DNA from: Eledone cirrhosa
Lineage: Eukaryota
Reading direction: 5' to 3'
Length of the DNA stretch: 64,000 nt
Assembly (NCBI GenBank): GCA_964016885.1
Contig: OZ024740.1
Location: 78,492,001 to 78,556,000, forward strand
The position numbers and the translations under genes were made by a program. Shown here piece by piece: positions 46,492 through 59,002 of the stretch. The notes below the pieces were generated by a model. It ran no database searches. It was not told the DNA's origin and saw nothing but the letters and a program-made list of their open reading frames with translations. Every line of letters begins with the position of its first letter. Position 1 is the first letter of the stretch.

Positions 46492-49400
46492 TTTCTTTAT
46501 TAACCACAAGGGTTTACATAAAGTAGACATTAAGGACAGTACAGGACAATACAGGGCGGTACAAATGGGCATTTCTGCGTGTAAAAAAAACAAGAAACAG
46601 AGGATGTAATAATAGAACAATGAAAAAAATTCCCCAATAGGGGGGAGACTTCCGAGGGACATTGGTGGAGAAAGCCCATTAAAAAGCCACAGTGACCCTG
46701 ACCACCAGGGCAAGTGCCCTCTCCCAGTTTTCCACCTTTAATTTACAGACACATACTCAGAGTAGGCCCATTCACTCGAGCCATACTTGCTTCTATCACC
46801 CATCTTTCAACAAAATGCTGGGAAGAGAGCACTTCCCTTTCTACCCTGATTTTCCTTTTCAAATGAAATTTGAAAAAGTTAATCAGGGCATCACCGAAGA
46901 GGTAAGTGCTCGTCTTCAGCCCTTTCAAACGTGTCCACCATACTATCTCTTTCGCCATGGCCACCAGACAGATAAAAACTGCTTGCCCTTCCCGGCTAAA
47001 GGAAGAGGGCGGGGCAATCCTCACGATGGACTCAGCTGATAGCTGGATCCGTCCCACACGCGACAGCAGGTGTTCTACATAAACCCACAAGTCAGCAATG
47101 CTCGGACACTGGACGAGTGCGTGCAGGACGGTTTCGTCGCCCTGCGCGCATCTCGGACATGCCCGGCTGACGGCACCTCCATGCCTGTAGAGTTTATCCC
47201 GAACTGGCAAAGCTCCTCGGTAGCACTGCCAGGCCAGGGATTTCTGGAAGTTGTCCATAGGCCCCGGCCCGAAAGTTCTTTCGAAGAGATTGGCTAGTTG
47301 ATTTTCGTCGACGCCTTGAGTTTCCCCAAGTACGTCGTCGCTCTTCCCCTCCACTAATCCTCTATAGAACACCAAGGCGGAGTTTCCACCGATCACATTG
47401 CCCGATTGGTCGAGGGCTGTGAGCGCCTGAAAACATTCCAGTCTCCAAGCGCTCCCTCTCGATCTTCGCTTGACCCAGGACTGCAACTCCGTCAAGGAGA
47501 CGAGCTGGAGAAAGACGTGTCTAGCAAACGGAGACCACACCTGATCACCGTCGAGGAAGAGGTGGAGATGTCGTAGCCTGAGCACGTGTCTGCGCATCAT
47601 CAGCCACGGCATTCCCAGCCCTCCACGTAGCGGGTGTTGACAGCAGATGGACCGCCTGACCATCGGAGCGCGTCCCTTCCACAAAAAGCGAAAGAGCAAA
47701 CGCTCCAGCGCAGTCAGGCGGGGCTTAGGACAAGGTACGACGGTCAGGCGGTAGTAGATGACGGACGCGATGTACGCGTTAGCCACCTCCGCTCGACCTT
47801 TCAGGGATAGCTTCCTCTCGGCCCATTTCTGGGTGAGAGAAGCCACCCTGCTCGTCACCTCGTCCCAGTTTTTGTCCGTCTGGAGGTCTGGACCGAACCA
47901 GACCCCGAGCAATTTAACTGGTCCGTCCGTCCAGCGCCCGACGACGTTGTTGGACGGCATGGACCTGCCTCTCCAGGTGCCGAGCTGCAGGCCCACTGAC
48001 TTTTCCTGGTTGATCATTGCTCCTGTCACCGCTTCGTATTCTCTTAGTGTAGTGCCGATCGCCTCGATGTGTTTGGCGTTCGACACCACTACGGTGACAT
48101 CGTCCGCATATGCTGACACGGATCTTCCGCATCCAGGTTCGCGCGGTACCCTCCTCAACGTCTCCAGTTCGTGCACTAATGGCTCGAGAGTCAATACGTA
48201 CAATAGGGACGAGAGGGGACATCCTTGGCGGACCGAGCGCATGATGTTGAACGGTTCCGAAAGGTGACCGTTCACTCTCACCACAGAGGAGATGTCGCTG
48301 TGCATGGCAGCGATCCAGCCTCTGAAGACGGGCCCAAAGCCAGCCGCCCTCAGGACTGCCGCTAGGTAACGATGGTCGACCCTATCGAAAGCTTTCGACT
48401 GATCTAAATTGATCAAGGACCCACCCGTGCCAGGTTCCCTAGCTACCCTCTCTACGATGTATCGCATGAGGTGGAGGTTGTCGTGGATAGATCTGTCGGG
48501 AACGGCGCATGTCTGCGCCTCTCCCACCAGACCACCAACGACAAGCGCCAACCTCTTTGCTAGCACCTTCGCCAAAATCTCGAACTCTGTGTTTAGCAGA
48601 GTTATGGGCCTAAAATTATCTATGTTATCCCCCGTGTTCGGATCCTTTCTCAGCAGCGCCACAGTTCCTCGGCTCACAGAGCTGGGAATTCTCCCGTTCT
48701 GTTGCCAGTTGCAGTAGACGTCCGCCAAGAGGCCTCCGAACAAGTCTGGCATCTGTACGTAAAGTTCATAGGGCAGACCATCCAAACCAGGCGATTTACC
48801 CCTTGTGCAGCTAGTCATTGCCTCCCGTACTTCAGCGGCTGTTATCGGCTTTTCGCAACACTCCGCCTCAGTGGCCGAGAGCCGCGGCAGTCCGTCGAGG
48901 TAGACACTAAAGTCCATCCCTCGATCCGGCCCGCCGCTTCCCCCGAACAACTGAGCGAAGTGTCGCTGAAAAGCTTCACACATTTGCCCGGGATCGAGTA
49001 GCATGCGCTCGTCGTGGTCCACCAAAGACCGGATCGTGGCTTTGTTGCCACGATGCGCCTCCGCCACTCGGGCCCATTGGACGGCTTTCGTCCCCTCGTG
49101 TCTGAGAGCACGCACCCTAGCTCTGACAACGCAGCCTTCGTGCTTTGCATTGAAGAATTTGTCAAGGGCCAATTTCGCCGCAAGTACGTCGGTCGCGATG
49201 CCTTTGCTAAGCGCCTCGTCTAATTTTCTAACTAATTCTCCCTCTGCTCTATTTTTCTCTATTGCTAAAGCCTTACTAAACCTAATGGACTCTATTCTAA
49301 TTGCTCTTTTCAGAAACCACCACTTGTTGACGATGGCCCCCGTCAACGCCTGCTTAACTAGTTCGCTAATCCGGTCTCTGTAGGCCTTGCGCGCTGGTAA

Positions 49401-49840
49401 GGACGCATTTAGCTTCCAGTAGCCGGGTCCTCGTCTATGAAGCCTATCTAAGTCAAGTACACAGATCACGAATTTGTGCTCCGTGTAGCTGACTATCTTG
49501 AATTGTGGACAGCCTATGCTAGACCTATCTATTTCTCTACAAAATACTCTATCTATATATGATCTGGATGACCCTATGCGATTTGTCCAAGTCCACATTG
49601 GCACATTCGGGAAATCCAATCGGTACCTGTCAGACAGTTCAAAACGCCTGAGCAGGTTGGTCAGGCTCTTGCACCCTCCTCCCCTATCCGCTAATCCCAC
49701 ACAGTCCCAGCGTGCATCTAAGATCCCGTTCCAGTCGCCCACTAACACTAAAGAGCGCGACGCTCCAAGAAAGGTCTCCAAAAGCCGGAAGAAATCAGGC
49801 CCCCCTGCTCCTGTCGGGGCATAGACGGCCACTAGCCGAT
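46492..49840 (-). mobile_element. 5'-truncated Tx1-type LINE flanked by (AAT)n on both sides
   Basis: 3' end gtggttaataaagaaatc then (att)n; aat array at 49863-49890. Confidence 0.9.
46743..49832 (-). CDS. Tx1 ORF2, uninterrupted but missing the N-terminal ~100 aa of APE (APE-RT-CCHC)
   Basis: VGDWNG, SYIDR, DQSKAFDRV, RQGCPLS, AYADD, CPRCAQGDETVLHALVQC. Confidence 0.9.
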   Translation of the reverse strand: MAVYAPTGAGGPDFFRLLETFLGASRSLVLVGDWNGILDARWDCVGLADRGGGCKSLTNLLRRFELSDRYRLDFPNVPMWTWTNRIGSSRSYIDRVFCREIDRSSIGCPQFKIVSYTEHKFVICVLDLDRLHRRGPGYWKLNASLPARKAYRDRISELVKQALTGAIVNKWWFLKRAIRIESIRFSKALAIEKNRAEGELVRKLDEALSKGIATDVLAAKLALDKFFNAKHEGCVVRARVRALRHEGTKAVQWARVAEAHRGNKATIRSLVDHDERMLLDPGQMCEAFQRHFAQLFGGSGGPDRGMDFSVYLDGLPRLSATEAECCEKPITAAEVREAMTSCTRGKSPGLDGLPYELYVQMPDLFGGLLADVYCNWQQNGRIPSSVSRGTVALLRKDPNTGDNIDNFRPITLLNTEFEILAKVLAKRLALVVGGLVGEAQTCAVPDRSIHDNLHLMRYIVERVAREPGTGGSLINLDQSKAFDRVDHRYLAAVLRAAGFGPVFRGWIAAMHSDISSVVRVNGHLSEPFNIMRSVRQGCPLSSLLYVLTLEPLVHELETLRRVPREPGCGRSVSAYADDVTVVVSNAKHIEAIGTTLREYEAVTGAMINQEKSVGLQLGTWRGRSMPSNNVVGRWTDGPVKLLGVWFGPDLQTDKNWDEVTSRVASLTQKWAERKLSLKGRAEVANAYIASVIYYRLTVVPCPKPRLTALERLLFRFLWKGRAPMVRRSICCQHPLRGGLGMPWLMMRRHVLRLRHLHLFLDGDQVWSPFARHVFLQLVSLTELQSWVKRRSRGSAWRLECFQALTALDQSGNVIGGNSALVFYRGLVEGKSDDVLGETQGVDENQLANLFERTFGPGPMDNFQKSLAWQCYRGALPVRDKLYRHGGAVSRACPRCAQGDETVLHALVQCPSIADLWVYVEHLLSRVGRIQLSAESIVRIAPPSSFSREGQAVFICLVAMAKEIVWWTRLKGLKTSTYLFGDALINFFKFHLKRKIRVEREVLSSQHFVERWVIEASMARVNGPTLSMCL

Positions 49841-50509
49841 ACGATTTACTACGTAGGTCGCCAATAATAATAATAATAATAATAATAATAATTACAATGC
49901 CAATAATAATATTAATGGTGTAGATATTTTATCTTTTACCTCCTTGGGGAGAAAAGGCTTCAAACTCCCCCACCACCACCACCACCACCACCACCACACA
50001 CAAAAGAAAAACGCAAACAAAACAACAACAACAATAACAACAGCATGCAACAATAAATCGTTGCGAGCTTAAACGCCTTAAACATTAACAGCCACAACAA
50101 AAACAAGAACAAAAATAGTGTTTGGCTGTGATTTTTTTAGTTGGAAGCAATATTTAACCCTGTCTATTTTTCTCTTCTGATGGAACTTCCCCTAACCATT
50201 GATGAATTAAAATACGATAATTAAAACGTTGTTAGCAATGCACCGAGTGGCCTCGTGAGAGAACATCTGATGGTAATTCACCCATATCTACATAGAAATG
50301 TTTGGATAATTATGGTGCCAATATTATTAAATTTTAGTCATCATGAGAAATGAATGGTATAGTTTACTTATATATTTATATGTGTGTATGTGCCTGTGTG
50401 TGTGGGTGTGAGTGTATAAATATATGTATATATATATGTGTGTGTATGTATATATATATGTACATATATATATATATATATATATGTACATATATATATA
50501 TATATGTAC

Positions 50510-50598
<89 letters not shown>

Positions 50599-50633
50599 TA
50601 TATGCATAAGTATAGTTATATATATAAGTATAG

Positions 50634-50675
<42 letters not shown>

Positions 50676-50687
50676 TATATATATATG

Positions 50688-50770
<83 letters not shown>

Positions 50771-50815
50771 CGAAGGAAATGTGGTAAGGAACCAGGTGGA
50801 CCATATATTGGTTCC

Positions 50816-50899
<84 letters not shown>

Positions 50900-50924
50900 T
50901 ATATATGTAGTTATGCATAAATAT

Positions 50925-51095
50925 ATATGCAGGCTTAGGCGTGGGAGACGATGTCGGCAGTGGGTTGATAATGTGAAACAGTGGATGAGCAGGCAAGCTA
51001 TATACCATCTGCTGAGTACAGCTTCGAACGAAATAGAACGAAGAACGTTTGTCAAGGAAGTCACCAAGGCTCATACGTTAACCTGGTTACAACGT
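50925..51095 (+). mobile_element. Short RTE-type 3' fragment
   Basis: [17 protein letters not shown]...[15 protein letters not shown]. Confidence 0.55.
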
Positions 51096-52790
51096 TCTCA
51101 AAGGATTTAGGAATGGAGTTTGGCCGAGATAAGTGCTCATAAATGACTGTAAAGCGGGAAAAAACAACAACCCAATCTAGCAACATTGTCATCAATGGCC
51201 TAACTGTTGCACCGATATCTGATGAGGACTGCTACATATACCTGGGGATAGATGAGAACATATCCTATAATGGTATCTGTAACAAAGAACCCGATTAAGA
51301 AAGATCTGGTCATCAGAACCCTCTGCGCAAAACAAAACAGTGGCTCACAATGTGTTTGCTGTGCCTCTCCTAACACCAACGTTTGGAATACTCAATTGGA
51401 CGATAGACGAAATCCGAGCAGTTGATTTTAGAACTCGAAAAATACTAAACAACACCGGAAACTTCCACATCAACAGTGACATAGACCGCCTTTACTTGAA
51501 ACGTAAACAGGGAGGCAGAGGCCTAACATCAGTCCAGACAGCATTTGAATGTCGCATCATATCTCTCCGACAACATCTACGAACCTCGAAGCGTAGGAGC
51601 CCGTCTCTCGAGCAAGTCTATCTGCATGAAACAGATAAGATCATGAGAGTTGGGAAGGAACTCCTCGGGAGATATTCCCTGTGTGATAATCAAAAACTCA
51701 CACCCAGGGAAGTCGCAGTGAATCCATGGATCGCAGTATCGCAGTGAATCCATGGATGAAAAACTTAATGATTATCAGCAAAAAATCATGCATGTATATG
51801 TTGCCAGGAAGCTCCAGAGTGAGAGTAATATAGATAAGGAAAGTAGTCTATCTTGGACCAACAACTGCTATATTGGCTCCCACTTTGAAGGATACGCTTT
51901 TGCAATCCAAGAACAGGAGATTAACACGAAATACCTGATACACAAAAGAGATAGGGATGCAGGAAAAACACCTAGATGTGATAACAAGTGCAGACTCTGC
52001 AGAACTAACATCGAAGATATCACCCATGTCATCAGCAGCTGTCCAAAGATGTCATCGCGGTACTATCTACCTATGAGGCATGATGTAGTGGACAAAACAC
52101 TGTACGATGCAGTTCGTAAAAAAGATGGCCCCGATAATAAACACATTAAAAGCTACAGCAATGTGGAAGACATCCATGTACATAATATGAAAGAGTACTA
52201 GTGGAATGTTTCAGTAAAAACCCCAATAAAATGCAGGCATAACAGACCAGATATTATGATATGGGACAGGGAGAAGAAAGCATGCACAGTAGTGGAAATT
52301 AGCTGCCCAGCAGATGCCAATATAATATCAAAGATTAGCGAAAAGGAGAATATCTATGCAGAACTAATGAGAAATCTGCAGATACTCCACCCTGATTACA
52401 CCTTCACATTTATGCCTGTGATTATTGGGACACTGGGGTATGTTAGTAACTGCCTCAATACACATCTTGAGAAGCTAGGCTTCACAGGAACAGAAAGAAC
52501 ACAACTAATTAAGAAATTACAAGTCCAATCCATTAATGGAACAGTAAAAATATGTAAAACATTCCAAAAATATTGCATCTAATAACTGCATATACACATG
52601 TACAGATACAAAGCATATACACATGCACACATACAATCAAAACATACACATCCACACATACAATAACATCCATATCTACACATGCATGCATGCATACATA
52701 ATCTACCAAGTTGATGTTGTGTAAATTCAAATGAGAGTCTTGTGTCTATGTTAGAAACCGACTATCTCTCTATTGGGAAAAAAAAGAACA
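51096..52790 (+). mobile_element. 5'-truncated, disrupted R4/Dong-type retrotransposon (RT C-terminus, CCHC, RLE)
   Basis: [78 protein letters not shown]. Confidence 0.88.
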
Positions 52791-52793
52791 TAC

Positions 52794-52886
<93 letters not shown>

Positions 52887-53377
52887 TAGATCACTATAGT
52901 TATTGTTGATGTTCAGCCCCAGGTCCACCCTGACTGAGCACGCCTATAGTCAAAGGCATTTCGCCATGAGTAATCATTCTTTTTATGGAGTTTGATGACT
53001 GCTTCATATAAGATGTCATTTCCTGATTTTAAAAGATGATAGAATATTATTTGAGGGAAATGTGACTCCTATTTCTAGCAAGTCATACAACCACTTAGAG
53101 ACCTCCCTGTATAGTTTTGATTGAACTGACTGGTCTTAGGTTCAGACACCTGAAGTACATCACCATGCGAAACCATCAGATAAGGAACCAGGATATGAAG
53201 CTGTGAATTAATACTAGTTGATTGGAGTGTTTGAAGGTCACGTGACATCAGCTTAATCAGTACCTGGTGACCTCTTGTAGATTTTTCAACTTCACACAGT
53301 CACTGTGCCATTTTTATTCTTTATGTTGTTTAGCCCAAGGTCATTAATAACGACGTCTGCTCGTTATTATTATATAA

Positions 53378-53822
53378 GGGCGGTGAATTGGCAGTATCGG
53401 TAGGAGGCTGGACGCCATGCTTTCTAGCATAGTTACATCCCATTACGGTCTGAGTTCAAATCCCGTCGAGGTTAACTTTGCCTTTCATCCTTACGGGTTG
53501 ATAAATAAAGTACCAGTAATGTACTGGGCTAATTGCTGGCCTTGTGCCAAAAGTAGAAACAGTTATTATATAGGAGTGTGTTATAGTTGGTGCAATGTAA
53601 GGATATCATGTCTTGCAGTATTTAGTTACATTAGAGCACCTGGAAAATTCTTAGCAGTATATGTTTCGGCACTTTACGTTCTGAGTTCGGATCTCAGCAA
53701 GGGTAACTTTGCCGTTCAACCTTCCATGGTGGACAATATGTAGCACCAGTCAAGTACTGGGGTCGATTTAATCGACTTTCTCTTTAGCCAAAATTTTCTG
53801 GCCTTAAACCTAAATTAGAAAT
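53378..53822 (+). mobile_element. Two major-family SINEs
   Basis: ggcggtgaattggcagtatcggtag head; ctgagttc...actttgcc.ttca cores. Confidence 0.75.
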
Positions 53823-53892
53823 CAGTATTTAGTAACATTTGGCTTCAAATCCCACCATGCTTAAGTATGTATGTGTGCGATCGCGCGCGCGC

Positions 53893-54204
53893 GTATGTAT
53901 GTATGTATGTATGTATGTATGTATGTATGTATGTATGTATGTATGTATGTATGTATGTATGTATGTATGTATGTATGTATGTATGTATGTATGTATGTAT
54001 GTATGTATGTATGTATGTATGTATGTATGTATGTATGTATGTATGTATGTATGTATGTATGTATGTATGTATGTATGTATGTATGTATGTATGTATGTAT
54101 GTATGTATGTATGTATGTATGTATGTATGTATGTATGTATGTATGTATGTATGTATGTATGTATGTATGTATGTATGTATGTATGTATGTATGTATGTAT
54201 GTAT
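53893..54204. repeat. Pure (ATGT)n microsatellite, about 310 bp
   Basis: Seen directly. Confidence 0.95.
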
Positions 54205-54344
54205 GTGTGCGTGTGTGTGTGTGTGTATACGAGGTATGTCAAAAAAGAAACAGGACTGGGGGTCGCAAAAAGAAAACTTCCATTTGTGTGTGTATATATA
54301 TATATATATACATATCTCTCTCTCTATCTATCTCTCCCTATATA

Positions 54345-54377
<33 letters not shown>

Positions 54378-54519
54378 GTACCTTCATATACGTATTTATA
54401 TATGTCGTAACAAAACATGCCAAAACAAGACATACATGACAAAGTCTAGCGGGAATTCTCTGTTGTTGTGACGACGTGCCTCGACAATTGACGAAACCCA
54501 ACCATGCCAGTATTATTTT

Positions 54520-55190
54520 ATTCAAATCCCGCCGAGGTTAACTTTGCCTTTCATCCTTACGGAGTCGATAAAATAAACCACCAGTAAGTACTGGAGTCGA
54601 TTTAATCGACTTTTCCCTCCTCATCAAATTGCTGGTCTTGTGCCTAAAATAGAAACAATTATTTTATTTCAATATTTTAGTTCGGCAGCGTCGGACGCCA
54701 TACTTTGACGTATAGAGTTCAAATCCCGCCGAGGTTGACTTTAGCCTTTCATCCTTACGGGGTCGATAAAATAAAGTACCAGTAATGTACTGAGTAATTG
54801 CTGGCCTTGTGCCAAAAGTAGAAACAATTATTTTAGTTGGTTTGGATTGGCAGTGTCGGTAGAGAGTCGGACGCCATGCTTTGAAGCATAGAGTTGCGTC
54901 TCTTTATGATCTGAGTTCAAATCTCGCGGAGGTTAATTTTGCCTTTCATCCTTACGCGGTCGATAAAATAAAGTACCAGTAATGCATTGGTTAATTGCTG
55001 GCCTTGTGCCAAAAAGTAGAAACAATTATTATTAATGGCCTTTTATGTTCTGAGTTCAAATCCCGCCGAGATTAACTTTGCCTTTTATCCTTAGGGGTCG
55101 ATAAAAAAAGTGCCAGTCGCGCACTGGGTCGATTTAATCGACTTTCCTCCTCCCCCCAAATTTCTGGTCTTGTGTCTATATTAGAAACCA
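54520..55190 (+). mobile_element. Tandem cluster of four major-family SINE copies
   Basis: ttcaaatc.cgc.gag core at about 54521, 54718, 54916 and 55055, each ending tagaaac.attatt. Confidence 0.85.
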
Positions 55191-55437
55191 TTATTTTAGT
55201 TAGTTTCAGGCGCTCGACTGCGGCAATGCTGGAGCACGGCTTTAATGTTTGTTTCAGTTTTGTTATTTGTTTTGTTTTTTAAGGGGAAATCTTAAAAGAT
55301 TATTTTTTGAAAATAAAAATTCAAACGAAAGACACAGAACTCCAGAGTTTTCAGCCTTTGAGGTGGACTTCGAGTACTACCAACGGCACTGCTGGTCCTA
55401 CTGGGGTCACAATGTCTGACACAAGCCAAAACGCTGT

Positions 55438-55499
<62 letters not shown>

Positions 55500-55503
<4 letters not shown>

Positions 55504-55900
55504 TTACGAGGTTTTTGATATGAAATCGTGTGCTGAAACAAATATTGTTATTCTTGGGGAGGGTCATATTTGTGTAATAATATTGCCAGAATTAATAACA
55601 GAACACACTCACAGACTAAATAAAGATGGTGTAAGCATACAATACAACGGGAGGAAACATAATAGCACCACTGACGATGTTGCAGATGTGCAACGAAAGA
55701 ACTTTGTTAGTCTATATATATGTGTTTGTGTCTATATTGTATCTGTATTTTTGACCGTTGGTCAGTCAATGGTAAACATTGAGGACCGAATAAATTACCT
55801 GATATAAAAGATACAGAAGCGGAAACCAACCAAACAGTGAGTGTGTTCTGTTATTAATTCTGGCAATATTACACAAATATGACCCTCCCCAAGTATAACA

Positions 55901-55903
<3 letters not shown>
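55500..55903 (+). mobile_element. Penelope-like module with ~68-bp inverted arms enclosing a hammerhead motif, flanked by (TA)n
   Basis: 55542-55612 is the reverse complement of 55837-55903. Confidence 0.7.
55667..55708 (+). ncRNA. Minimal hammerhead motif
   Basis: acca CTGACGA t gttgca gatg tgcaac GAAAG aa CTT tgtt; stem I imperfect. Confidence 0.6.
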
Positions 55904-55939
<36 letters not shown>

Positions 55940-55997
55940 GCTGTTCGGATCTATTGAAACGACCGGAGCTCAGCCGTTGGGGTCCCGACTCAATTCC

Positions 55998-56029
<32 letters not shown>

Positions 56030-56061
56030 CACACATATATATATATATATATATACACACG

Positions 56062-56123
<62 letters not shown>

Positions 56124-56284
56124 TATTTACATATATACATATACATACATATATACATATACATATATATGTATATATCTATGTGTGTAAGTGTTAGTGT
56201 GTATAAATACATACATATACTTACGTGGAAACACACACCTAAACTGTTGCGTATACACACATACCACATAATTACACACACACA

Positions 56285-56358
<74 letters not shown>

Positions 56359-56935
56359 CATACACATACACACATCAATCTTTGGTGATATTTCTCCGTC
56401 TCTGCCATTCTGTCGTTTTTCTTCTCTTGTCTCCATCTGCAAAATATTTGAAATGGTTCTCAGAGCATTTACTGAAGGCGGGGTAGAGGAGGGTGTGTGA
56501 GTGAAGGAGGGTGTGGGTGGAGGAGCAGGAGGAGGAGGAGTAGGTCAGTTTTAAGACATCCGATGTACCCAGTGACCTTGCACTCTGCCATATGGGTGTG
56601 GTAAGGAGTTCAGGGCGGTGCCTTCATTAAGTATATTCTTTCTTCAGCTTTCACACAGGTGTGTTTGTTGTTGTGCTCTGCTCTGCTGCTGTGCTATGTC
56701 ATGTGTGTGTGTGTGTGTGTGTGTGTGAAGGGGGGGGGGTGAGAGGGGAAGAGATGTGTATGGGGGGAGTTGGTGTGTGTGCGGAGGAAGAGATGTGTGT
56801 GTGGATGTGGGTGGAGATGTGTGCGTATGTGTGACTTTGTATGTGTGTGCGCGCGCGTGTTTCTCGGAATAAATAGGAGTGTTGATTATGTGTATGTATA
56901 TATACAAAGAGAGATTCCTCTCACATCATACACTC

Positions 56936-56974
<39 letters not shown>

Positions 56975-57107
56975 TGTGGATGATGTGAGAAGAATCTCTC
57001 TCTCACACACACACATATATATATATATGTATGTGTGTGTGTATATATATAAATATATATGTGTGTGTGTGTATATGTATATATATATATAGAAAAGGCT
57101 TCTACAG

Positions 57108-57249
<142 letters not shown>

Positions 57250-57662
57250 GCATGCACTAAAACACGCACACACATACACACAGACACGAACTCACACACA
57301 CATATACATATATGCAAATAGATAGTTAGACAGATAGATGGACAGACAGATAGACCTACAGACAGATAGATAGATAGATGACTGTAAGTAAACAGAAATT
57401 AATATTTATGTAGAGCGTATATAAATTGATATGCACTCATAAAATCACATCCAGTTGTACACAATGACCTACAGACAGACAGATTGACAGTCAGACAGAG
57501 CTATAGACTGAGAGATAGATAGAGAGGGGGGGGGGGGGAGATAAACTGCTAGAGAGAGAAGGGAAGAGAGAGAGATAGAGAGGGAGAGAGAGGTGGAAGG
57601 GATTTGTATACGGACATTCCAAAAGACTGACAAACGGACATACAGATAGATAGATATATATG

Positions 57663-58683
57663 TTTCTTTATTAGCCACAGGGGCACAAAAGAAGGGGACA
57701 AATACAAAGAGGGAAGTTTACATACAATAAAAACGTGTAAAATACTATCACAAATGCAATTTAAAAATTAATCGATTTTCCCCAATTGGGGGAGACATTT
57801 CATATGGGTAACAAATACCCCCGAAAAAAATGTGCAACCCTCACCTCCAGGAGTACGAAGAGTTTGTACCTCTTTCCTCTCTTCCTCTTTTTCCTCAACC
57901 TACAGGCTGATATAGAGAGAAGGCCCATTCACTCGGGCCATTCTCGCCACTTTCACCCACCTATCATAAAACTTGCTGGGGTACAGCACCTCTCTCTCTA
58001 TCCTGATTCTTCTTCCAAAGTGGTATTTGAAAAAAAGATCAGTTGTTGGCCGGAGATAAAGGTGTCTGACCTCAGCCCTTTTAACCACGTCCACCATACA
58101 ACCTCTTTCGCCATAGCTATCACACAGAGGAAAACCACCTCTCCTTCGTTTTTGAAGGAGGGAGGCGGTTTGATCATGACAATGGACTCGGTGGTCAACC
58201 GAATTGGTCCCACCCGCGACAATAGTCGTTCTACATAGCCCCACAAGTCGGTAACACCCTGGCAGTGTATGAATGCGTGCACGACGGTTTCTTTGTCTCG
58301 TACGCATCTCGGACAGATCTTTTTGGAAGGGTCCCTGCCCAGGCGTCCATGTCTGTAGAGCTTGTCTCGAACTGGTAGAGCTCCTCGGTAGCACAGCCAG
58401 GCCAGGAACTTTTGGAAGTTGTCCATCGGTCCTGGGCTGAAGGTCCTACCGAACAGACTGGCCAGTTCGTCTTCCTCTACGCCTAGAGTTTCTCCGAGCG
58501 CGCCGTCGCACTTGCTGCGGATCAACCCTCTATAGAATGACGAAGTGGAGTCTCCACTGATCGCCGGGTCCGCCTGCCAGAGGGCTGTGAGCACCTGAGC
58601 ACATTCGATGTGCCAGTCGCCCATTTACTCGGTCTTTGCTTGACCCAGGACTGCAGCTCGGTCAGCGAGACGAGTCGTGGGAA
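57663..58683 (-). mobile_element. 5'-truncated Tx1 copy (stack member 1)
   Basis: LVSLTELQSWVK...CPRCVRDKETVVHAFIHC; 3' end gtggctaataaagaaa then tatct repeats. Confidence 0.9.
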
Positions 58684-58713
58684 GATAGATAGATAAATAA
58701 ATAGATAGATATA

Positions 58714-58967
58714 TTTTTTTATTTGCCACAAGGTCGCACAAGAAAAGGGGACAATACAGGACAAATGCCGGAGATTTTACATACAATCGTGTAAAAAATA
58801 CATTTTCAACAAACAAATTTAACAATCGAAATCCCCAATAGTGGGGAGGCGTTACAAATGGGTTGTTTAATACCCCGTAGATAGAACAACCTCCAACTGC
58901 AGGAGCATGTTGTGCAAGTGCTCCTTTCTTCCTTTTGCTCTCTTCTTCAACCTACAGGTTTGTATAC
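58714..58967 (-). mobile_element. Tx1 3' UTR-only copy (stack member 2)
   Basis: aacctgtaggttgaagaag...ctattggggatttc...gtggcaaataaaaaaa, between GATA tracts. Confidence 0.85.
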
Positions 58968-59002
58968 AGACAGACAAATAAATAGATAGATAGATAGATA
59001 TC

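Noticed and set aside
31790-49840. Tx1 5' part (31790-33925) and 3' part (46492-49840) as halves of one split element
   Set aside because: Their order on the minus strand is wrong and the overlapping peptides differ (PTGGQSQSRPDFFKRLE vs PTGAGGPDFFRLLE).
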